Positions 56,881-64,000 of a stretch of 64,000 nt of DNA are shown here, piece by piece. A program made the translations under genes and the position numbers. This stretch comes from Cyanidioschyzon merolae (Eukaryota), in assembly GCA_000091205.1 (NCBI GenBank), contig AP006491.2. One strand, 5' to 3'. The first letter of the stretch is position 1, and each line of letters begins with the position of its first letter. The notes beneath the pieces are model-generated. The model saw nothing but the letters and a program-made list of their open reading frames with translations, did no database searches and was not told where the DNA came from.

Positions 56881-57124
56881 GGAGCAGGCGAGCGGACCAA
56901 CTCCAACCGGCCTGCGCAGTTTCGCGTACCCCCAGCAGACACTTCGGAAACGCCCGACAAACAGCCGCTCCTGGCGTCCCGGGTGCGAAACGCCTCGCGC
57001 ACACAGACGCGTTCGTGCTGCACACCCGTGTCGACTTGAGCTCGCGGGCGCAACGAAGCCAGCCAGACTCGGTCTCGAATCAGCAAAGAGGTACCCCTCG
57101 CCAAACGCCATTCTTAAGTCGAAC

Positions 57125-57720
57125 GACGCCAGCGGTGTACAGTAGTGGCGACCGGGCCGCCCTAGAAGAAATGTCTCCGACTGATGTGCAGAAGCCTGCC
57201 CGTCTTTTTGGACCGGCCACCTACTACTGCTTCAAACTTTTTCTCATATAGTTTAACTTTGAGCGGTTTTCCAACCAAATTCTCTATCGTCGACCCGAGA
57301 GGTCTTTCCTCTCTCACCGCACATTTCCTTATATTGATTGCGGCGTTAAAGTCTCGGTTCACAAACTCCATACGTTTCTTGCCATTGATTGTACTTACTA
57401 ACGCAAGCAATCCTCGAACTTTCGCTATCCTTTCCATTTGCTCTTCTGTCAGCGGTCCGTACTTTTTTTATATCCTCAGGTCCCCGCTGGCACTTTTCCA
57501 TCTCGACCCTCTGAAGTGTACAGCCCAGTTCATGGTGTGTATACAATGCTCGAAATCCATCTACCGGTATTATAACAAAACGCCGTGCGCACTCCTTATA
57601 CGTTCTCGTCGTGGGATCTGGTGTACACCCTTGTTGGGTCGTCCAGCGCCTTGCTTCGTACGCTACTACGAGCCTTTGACTTTCATCCTCCTTCAAGGCA
57701 CTCAACTCACTGAAAAAAAA
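57125..57720 (-). mobile_element. Fanzor/TnpB-like element, copy 3. This is a 3' fragment: the C-terminal RuvC-III region plus the conserved 3' non-coding tail. It is inserted between divergent CYTH and SulP genes.
   Basis: ORFs 57346-57705(-) and 57162-57437(-) encode ...YTHHELGCTLQRVEMEKCQRGPEDIKK and ..KKRMEFVNRDFNAAINIRKCAV. The tail ..ccactactgtacaccgctggcg matches the copy-2 tail. Confidence 0.7.
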
Positions 57721-59904
57721 ATGCGAATGCCCGATACTCCCTACATTATAGATTCATGCGGAGATCAAACTGCCCGCCATCCGAGATTGCATGTACGGAT
57801 CTCAGCGCTCGCGTCGGAAGCATCGGCAGTGGACGAGCGCCTTGTTGTGCACTGCCTGTCCACTGGACACGCAAGGTACTTTCGTCGGAACATGGGCGTT
57901 GAGAATGCTTTAGGCGGTTTCATAGTAACGAATACCTTCAGCGGTAGCGGTGTACGTTTCGTCGTACGGAACCGGAGCCAGTGCAACTCGCTGGTGGTGC
58001 CTGGGTTCCGCGCGAGGCGGCGTACGCGCTGCGGAGCACTTGCTCGCGTACGGGGGACAGATTCGGCGCCAGAGGGTACCCCCGACGCCGAAGCGAGGCA
58101 CCGTCCCAAGCCTGGTGAGCGAGGGCTCTTCCCGCTCGTTGCACCGCGTGAGGATATCGGGCGCTATTTCGTTGGAGAGCGTCGGATTTTGGACGAACGC
58201 ACAGCGCGCTATCCGCTACGCTCGACGGTAGAGGAAGTGCTGGCGGGCATTACGGTGGCGATGGCGCTGCTGCCTGCGGCGGTGTCTTGCGCGTTGGCCA
58301 CGGGCGTGCCGCCGCTCGCTGGAATCGTCTCGACTGGTCTCCTGTGTGCGATAACTGCCGCACTGGGAGGACGCCCTGGCATGATCTCAGGAACATCTGC
58401 AGCGCTCATTATTCTGCAAGCGCCTCTCTATCAACAGTACGGCGCAGCAGCGGTCGCTGCCGCCGTGGTGCTCAGCGGTATACTCCAGCTTTTCTTCGGG
58501 ATCTATCGTTTGGGAAAGTTTGTGCGGCTGATATCGTACCCTACCTTTCTGGGATTCATCAGCGGCATCGCCATCTTGACGGCGACAAGTCAGGTCTATG
58601 CGTTTCAGCTTCCAGCGGGAACCGGGCTGAGCCCGGGCGCACCCTGGCTCCAGGGTAACATGTTGCGTGCAGCGTTGATCGTCGCAGCGCTCGCCGCTGG
58701 AGTCGCCCATGTATGGCCCTTGATCATTCAGCGACTACAGCGCCGGCGCCCCGATAGTACCCATCGGTGGCAGCACCGCCTCGCTGAGCTGTTGCGTTGG
58801 CTCCCAAGCCCACTAGCGGGCATCCTCGTGGCATCCATTTATGCGGAGGTGACGCAAGCGCCTGTGCGGCGGCTTGGCGACTTTTTGCGCGACACGCTGG
58901 CACAGTCAGGGGCCATTGGCGTATCCTGGGCAGCCCTGCCGTCAACACCGCTGGCATGGATGGCCATTCTGAGCACCGCGCTTGGTCTCGCATTCATCGG
59001 TCTTTTGGAATCTCTGTTAACCATGACTTTGGTAGACGAAGTCACGGAATCGAGGGGTAGCACGCGTCGGGAGTGTCTAGCGCTTGGGGCAGGGAATATC
59101 GCCGCGGGCTTATTCGGTGGCGTGGGCGGCTGCGGCCTCCTGGGCCAGTCGCTCCTGAACACGAAATCAGGGGGACGCGGGCGTCTCTCTGGACTGACTG
59201 CGGCGCTGTGTCTTCTCGTGTTGGCGAGAAATCCGAGCGGACTGATGATTCGGATTCCCGTCCCAGCCATTGCAAGCCTTATGGTGCTGGTGGCGCTGGG
59301 CTCGTTCGAATGGGCATCGCTGCGCTTGTTTCGTGCCATACCTCTCGCTGATTCGCTGACCATTGTGAGCGTTGCCCTGATGACTGTAGCAACGCGCAAC
59401 GTCGCCCTGGCGGTCCTGTTTGGTGTGGTATTCTCGGCGCTGGTCTTTGCCTATAAAGCGTCGCGACGCATTACCGCCCAGAGCTTTATTTCGGAGGACG
59501 AGCAAACGCGCGGATGGCGGGGATACCGGATTGACGGTCCGCTGTTCTTTGGCACGGCGGAGCGCTTCAGTCGTCTGTTCGACCCAGCACGGGATCGTGC
59601 CGAAGGCCATGAGCACGTGATCATCGACTTCTCTGGTAGCCGCATCTGGGACGCGACAGCGCTAGAGGCGCTAGACTCCCTAGCCCGTCAGTATAGGAGC
59701 TATGGTATTCGGCTGCATCTGTGGGGTCTGTCTCGAGATAGCGCACGTCTGCTGCGCGAGGCACGCGCCTACATCGACGAGAGTGTCACGAACGAGAAAG
59801 CGCTCTACTTGTACGAGCGGGTTGTAGCCGACTATCCCACAAACGATAGTCTAGAGGTTGAGTACGAGCTTTTCGCGAAAAGAGAATCGGGGAATGCAGC
59901 GTAA
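57721..59904 (+). CDS. SulP-family sulfate/anion transporter with C-terminal STAS domain. The start is taken at the Met at 57721 (alternative 57886). The longer ORF from 57184 overlaps the Fanzor fragment and is rejected.
   Basis: Sulfate_transp-like N-terminus LAGITVAMALLPAAVSCALATGVPPLAGIVSTGLL. Multiple TM helices. The STAS domain is HVIIDFSGSRIWDATALEALDSLARQYRSYGIRLHLWGL. Confidence 0.88.
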   Translation: MRMPDTPYIIDSCGDQTARHPRLHVRISALASEASAVDERLVVHCLSTGHARYFRRNMGVENALGGFIVTNTFSGSGVRFVVRNRSQCNSLVVPGFRARRRTRCGALARVRGTDSAPEGTPDAEARHRPKPGERGLFPLVAPREDIGRYFVGERRILDERTARYPLRSTVEEVLAGITVAMALLPAAVSCALATGVPPLAGIVSTGLLCAITAALGGRPGMISGTSAALIILQAPLYQQYGAAAVAAAVVLSGILQLFFGIYRLGKFVRLISYPTFLGFISGIAILTATSQVYAFQLPAGTGLSPGAPWLQGNMLRAALIVAALAAGVAHVWPLIIQRLQRRRPDSTHRWQHRLAELLRWLPSPLAGILVASIYAEVTQAPVRRLGDFLRDTLAQSGAIGVSWAALPSTPLAWMAILSTALGLAFIGLLESLLTMTLVDEVTESRGSTRRECLALGAGNIAAGLFGGVGGCGLLGQSLLNTKSGGRGRLSGLTAALCLLVLARNPSGLMIRIPVPAIASLMVLVALGSFEWASLRLFRAIPLADSLTIVSVALMTVATRNVALAVLFGVVFSALVFAYKASRRITAQSFISEDEQTRGWRGYRIDGPLFFGTAERFSRLFDPARDRAEGHEHVIIDFSGSRIWDATALEALDSLARQYRSYGIRLHLWGLSRDSARLLREARAYIDESVTNEKALYLYERVVADYPTNDSLEVEYELFAKRESGNAA

Positions 59905-60099
59905 AGACAACGGGCATCGCTAGAGGGCATCGCAGAGGAGCAACGGACCCCCGCAGGGCGCGAGCGGGTCGTGCGCTCGCTCCTGTATCATTTTCGGTGC
60001 CGTTTGGTTACATCCGCTTACGCAGATCGATAAGTCGAAACAGACAGCGGTGATTGCCAAGCATCGCGTCGTTCCTGTGCGCCCGAACGGAGATGTTGT

Positions 60100-62133
60100 C
60101 AGCGTTCCGCTCCGCAACGTTCCATCCATTGCACCGAAGTGCGCCCCGTCGACAACACATTCCAGCGTGGGATCAGGCGCACGAAGTTTCCCTGGCACAG
60201 CAGCAGTGACGGACATCAAAACAGTCGAGGTTTCGGAAGCGTTTTCGACAGGACCTTGATTTGTCGCCTGATGCTTGGCACAGGGGAAACGCGGAGGGGA
60301 AATGAGCGGGTTCATGCCCTCCACGAGAATCACGCCGAGTACCGCCCTGAGGGTACTCGATTCAGGGGTGATTCGGATCTTTAAACCTACGGGACGATCA
60401 AGTACCATACGGACCTGAAGAACCATTTGACGATGAACCTCGAACGCTTCATGAAACGCTCCGTCTATGCACTCTACCCGGGCATCGCTCGCAAAGGAAT
60501 ATGGGCGATTATCAATGGCATCACGAAGGATTGCCAGAATGAACAGGAGATCGAATTCTTCGACAAGAAGACATCACGCAGGAGAAAGAATGAAGCTCCT
60601 GTAATCCATTGGGTTATACAAGAGCATCGTGCCGTACTGGGGCTGGCGAACCCAACAGAAAAGTTATCAGAGATGAAAAAAAGATAAGAAAAGATACGAT
60701 CGCCTCATCCTGCGCTATTTCGTGTTCCTGGACCAAGGACTGGAACGCGAGGCATAGATGAAGCTGAGTGAGGAGAAAAATGATGCGTCGGAGAAACGAA
60801 AGGCTTTCCTAATGGGGAAGCACCCTAACGTCGTTCCGTTGAACAACATCGAGTCACACTGTGTGACTATCGACTCCAGAGTCCTTCAAGGCATCATGAA
60901 GGAGATCAGTCCCGAGTTCGATGTTAGCAGGGAGGAGTTCTCCGGTGAAAATCGGGAGATGTACGGGAAGAACATCTTCGATGTCAATCGTCTCAAAGTG
61001 AGCAAATAAAAGGTATTCGCTGGGATGATCGAAACCGATGGAGTAGCCATGTGTGTACAGTATCGGAGGTTGAAGGTGGATCGTCCCATCGCGCCTTGGG
61101 CTTCGCCCGTGACGAAGCATGAAGATAAGATGGAGATGGGCCCTGAAACGTGTAATCCCCAGGATAACGACCTTGTCGTTGGCGCGGACCCCGGGAACAC
61201 GAATATCGTAACCATCGCAGTACCCAAGCGTGCGGAAGATGGCATTGACGGTAACTTGCCTCAGAAAGACATGCGTCTGTTGAGATTCTCGAGAGCGAGA
61301 TACCATCGAGAATCGGGAATCATGAATGCAAGCAAGAAAATCGAGACGTAGAATGCAGGAATGAAAGAGCACCTGGAAGCTATGACCAAGTTGACTAGCC
61401 GAGGAGCGGACTCGGAAGCTTTTCGGAAATTCATGGAAGTTCGTGTTGCTCACTGGAAGGCGCTGTGGAAAGAGTATACAAAGTCCCGGTAGGCTTGTCT
61501 GCGTATGAGTCTATTCCGTGGGATGCAGCGGGCGTTCGCAAACTTTTTCAATGGGTTGAGCGCCTTGAAGGAGGACGCAAGTCAGAGGCTCCTGGTAGCA
61601 CACGGAGCAGGGCGCTGGAAGACCCGAAAAGGATGTACACCAGCTCCAACGACAAGAACGTACATGGAGTGCGCAAGGCGTTTCGTTACGATACCGGTAG
61701 ATGAGTTTCGAGCGTCCTATACGTACCATGAACTGGGGTGTACGCTCCAGAGAGTCGAGATAGAAGAGTGCCAGCGGAGCCCTGAAGATATAAAAAAGTA
61801 CGGACGGCTGGCGGAAGAGCAAATGGAAAGGAGGGCGAATGTTCGAGGACTACTTGCATCAGTAAGAACAACCAATGGCAAGAAACGTATGGATTTTGTG
61901 AACCGAGACTTTAACGCAGCCGTCAATATAAGGAGATGTGCGGTGATGGAAAGAAGACCTCCAGGATGAACAAGAGTGAACTTTGTTGGACAATCATCTA
62001 AAGTGGAACTATATGAGAAAAAGTTGAAACGAGTAGTAGGTGGCCGGTCGAAAAACCTGGGAGGCGTCTGCACATCAGTTGGGGACGTCTTGTCTAGGGC
62101 GGGTTTCCCGCCACTACTGTGCACCGCTGGCGG
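60100..62133 (+). mobile_element. Fanzor/TnpB-like element, copy 2. It is decayed, with in-frame stops and frameshifts across ORFs 60139-60384, 60427-60687, 60758-61009, 61025-61351 and 61505-61969. Its conserved 3' tail ends ~90 bp before the RCC1 gene start.
   Basis: [15 protein letters not shown] (RuvC-I-like). YTYHELGCTLQRVEIEECQRSPED. MDFVNRDFNAAVNIRRCAV (RuvC-III). ~75-80% nucleotide identity to copy 1 over ~2 kb. Confidence 0.75.
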
Positions 62134-62222
62134 CAGCGTTTTTCTTTGAAAGGCGTGCGGTGTGCGCAGCATATCGACATAGTTCGTTATCGTGCACCAT
62201 AGTCTCTGTTCACTGCACCGGC

Positions 62223-63821
62223 ATGGTACACCCAAACGCTGGCGCGCAGGGCGCCGAGCTCCTGTTCTGTGGCTCCTGCAAATGGGACACACAGGGGCGC
62301 GACCGCAAAGGCGCCATCGAGTACGGGGAAGAGGTACTAGCGCCACATCGTCTCACGGGCTCGGTCACACTGGGAGGTCTCACGACACCAGCTGACCGAG
62401 CACAGATGCTGCGGATCGTTAGCGGACCGGTGGCAGCGCACGCCGTGCTCATTTTAACTGACGGACGTGCGCTGGCAATAGGGCGAAACACGCACGGTGA
62501 GCTCGGTATAGGTACAGCGCGGCGCTTTGCTCCAGTGTTTATGCCTGTCGTCTTCATCAAGGGCGGGCGCTGCACCGGCGCCGCCTGTGGTCGCACACAC
62601 ACGCTCTTCCTCATGGACGACGGCGTGGTGTACGCGACCGGGGCGAACGATGCAGGTCAGCTTGGTGTCGGTGCGCGGGGCATCAGCGCCAGCGGGGCCA
62701 ATGTACCGGCAGCTGTGACCCCGATCCGCCTGACGTACCTCGCAGAACATATGGGCGTGCGAGCAGCCCAGGTAGGATGTGGAGAACAGTTCTCCGTCGT
62801 GCTCGCTGATGACGGCTCGCTCTACACTTTTGGAACACATCGGGACGGTGTCCTGGGACTGGGCACCACCGGCGAAGTCATTGGCAAACAACGCATGGAG
62901 GTGGAGAGCGAACCCCTGCCGCGACGGGTCACGCGCTTCGTGCGCTCGGACGGCATCGTCGTTGCTCTCGATGAGTCCAAAAGCATGGACGAACAAAGCG
63001 AGGATATACCCCGCTTCACACAGGTAGTTTGTGGTCAGCGGCATGTGGTTGCTCTAGACTCCCGCCACCGCGTCTGGTCGTGGGGATTCGGTGGTTATGG
63101 TCGTTTAGGTCATCGAACGCCGAACGATGAGCTGCGTCCCCGATGCATGGAGTTTTTCGAGCGTTTGCGCGACGACCGCCGGCGATGTGTCAAGCTATAC
63201 GCTGGCGCCTCCTGCTGCTATGCGCTGACCGAAATGGGCACCGTGTACTTTTGGGGCATCACAAAAATGACCGGTGAAGCGACGACATCGCCGCAGATGC
63301 TCTACGATTTGCACGGCTGGAAAATTCGAGATATCGCCGTGGGCATCTCATCGACGATGATCGCTTGTGAGGAGTGCACGACGATCGCCTGGGGTCCGTC
63401 ACCCGCCTACGGCGAGATGGGTTTCGGTGAGACCGTCGTTGGAAGGAGTTTTGCAGGCAGGACAGGCGTACTCAAAAGCAGTACCCAACCACGGATTGTC
63501 GATCCGCTGAAAGGCGTCCAAGTGAGTCAGCTTGCGATGGGGGCTTTTTTCACGTTCCTCCTGCTTCGACCCGAGGAGGTGCAAGCGTCAGACGACCAAG
63601 GCACGAAGGTGCAAGCACTCCCGACGCTCTCGTGGGATGCGCATGCCAATATCGGCGCGCAGCCTGTACGCGGTTTGACGATCCTCGACGCAAGCTCGTT
63701 GGGGTCCCGGCGCGGTCGGAAACCCGGCAAGGTCGCTGCTCGAGCGACCAGCAGCGCGACTAAAACCCGCGTAACCTCAGTGTCCGCGGTCGTTGTTCCG
63801 GAAAAGAGGCGCCGCACCTAG
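62223..63821 (+). CDS. RCC1-repeat (RLD) protein. The ORF extends upstream to 62040.
   Basis: Repeated beta-propeller blade motifs GELGIGT, GQLGVGA, GVLGLGTTG, GRLGHRT and GEMGFGE at ~50-aa spacing. Confidence 0.8.
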   Translation: MVHPNAGAQGAELLFCGSCKWDTQGRDRKGAIEYGEEVLAPHRLTGSVTLGGLTTPADRAQMLRIVSGPVAAHAVLILTDGRALAIGRNTHGELGIGTARRFAPVFMPVVFIKGGRCTGAACGRTHTLFLMDDGVVYATGANDAGQLGVGARGISASGANVPAAVTPIRLTYLAEHMGVRAAQVGCGEQFSVVLADDGSLYTFGTHRDGVLGLGTTGEVIGKQRMEVESEPLPRRVTRFVRSDGIVVALDESKSMDEQSEDIPRFTQVVCGQRHVVALDSRHRVWSWGFGGYGRLGHRTPNDELRPRCMEFFERLRDDRRRCVKLYAGASCCYALTEMGTVYFWGITKMTGEATTSPQMLYDLHGWKIRDIAVGISSTMIACEECTTIAWGPSPAYGEMGFGETVVGRSFAGRTGVLKSSTQPRIVDPLKGVQVSQLAMGAFFTFLLLRPEEVQASDDQGTKVQALPTLSWDAHANIGAQPVRGLTILDASSLGSRRGRKPGKVAARATSSATKTRVTSVSAVVVPEKRRRT

Positions 63822-64000
63822 TGCGGTGTACGCTCGCGATACAGAGGCCTCGCGAACACCGTTGAGGCTAGCCTGATCCGCTGCTGCGCTGAGAGATGCG
63901 CATGCCTCCATTCTGTAACCGCTGTGTAAATCTACCGCTCACGTGTGCATCCTTGCACCGATGAAGTATGATTCGTGACTTGGCCGGCGCGACACAGGCG

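Noticed and set aside
57184-57720. N-terminal 179 aa of the long SulP ORF beginning at 57184
   Set aside because: This segment is the antisense reading of the Fanzor copy-3 fragment and has no SulP similarity. The SulP homology begins after the Met at 57721 or 57886.
1-64000. Possibility that the window is prokaryotic because of the TnpB-like sequences
   Set aside because: The surrounding genes (E1 ubiquitin-activating enzyme, MUS81, ESCRT-III Snf7, RCC1, CAP10/GT90) are eukaryote-specific. Gene spacing and organellar presequences fit a nuclear genome, so the TnpB-like elements are Fanzor-type eukaryotic relatives.
1-64000. tRNA and rRNA genes
   Set aside because: No cloverleaf-compatible region with a GTTCGANTCC-type T-loop, and no rRNA-like conserved stretches, could be identified by eye. 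The box-A-like CTCAGTGGTA in the SINE head is not followed by a properly spaced box B. Absence is not proven without tRNAscan or Infernal.

Overview
This window is nuclear DNA from a GC-rich (~58-60% by eye), intron-poor eukaryote, not a prokaryote. The recognisable genes are eukaryote-specific: ubiquitin-activating enzyme E1, MUS81, ESCRT-III Snf7, an RCC1-repeat protein and a CAP10/GT90 glycosyltransferase. All are read as single uninterrupted ORFs, 2-5 kb apart, on both strands. Several products are plastid-related: Mg-protoporphyrin IX methyltransferase ChlM, a TLC-family ATP/ADP translocase, a class I aldolase with an N-terminal extension, and a BSD2-type DnaJ-like CxxCxGxG zinc-finger protein. 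Their presequences are simple Ser/Arg-rich transit peptides with a Phe near the N-terminus and no signal peptide. That points to a photosynthetic host with a primary plastid, plausibly an intron-poor red alga. This is inference; no search was run. Other housekeeping genes are guanylate kinase, catalase, a SulP/STAS sulfate transporter, a CYTH (ThTPase/CyaB-like) protein, an Arc1p/AIMP1-like tRNA-binding protein, a tandem-YciI protein and a VanZ-like protein. The most interesting content is intergenic. There are three decayed copies of a Fanzor/TnpB-like RNA-guided nuclease gene (Ruv[13 protein letters not shown], RuvC-III RDFNAAINI), one wedged between two divergent genes. Their 3' non-coding tails are more conserved than the coding sequence, making them a candidate omegaRNA scaffold. 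There is an abundant ~300-bp SINE-like dispersed repeat with an A-rich tail, at least 7 full or partial copies, one with an imperfect ~12-bp target-site duplication. A second short dispersed repeat, two satellite-like tandem arrays (193 bp x3 and 97 bp x3.7), several microsatellites, and a secreted Cys/Gln-rich protein with a 27-bp coding tandem repeat are also present. No rRNA, tRNA or CRISPR could be supported by eye. Coordinates of gene starts are approximate where N-terminal extensions are ambiguous.
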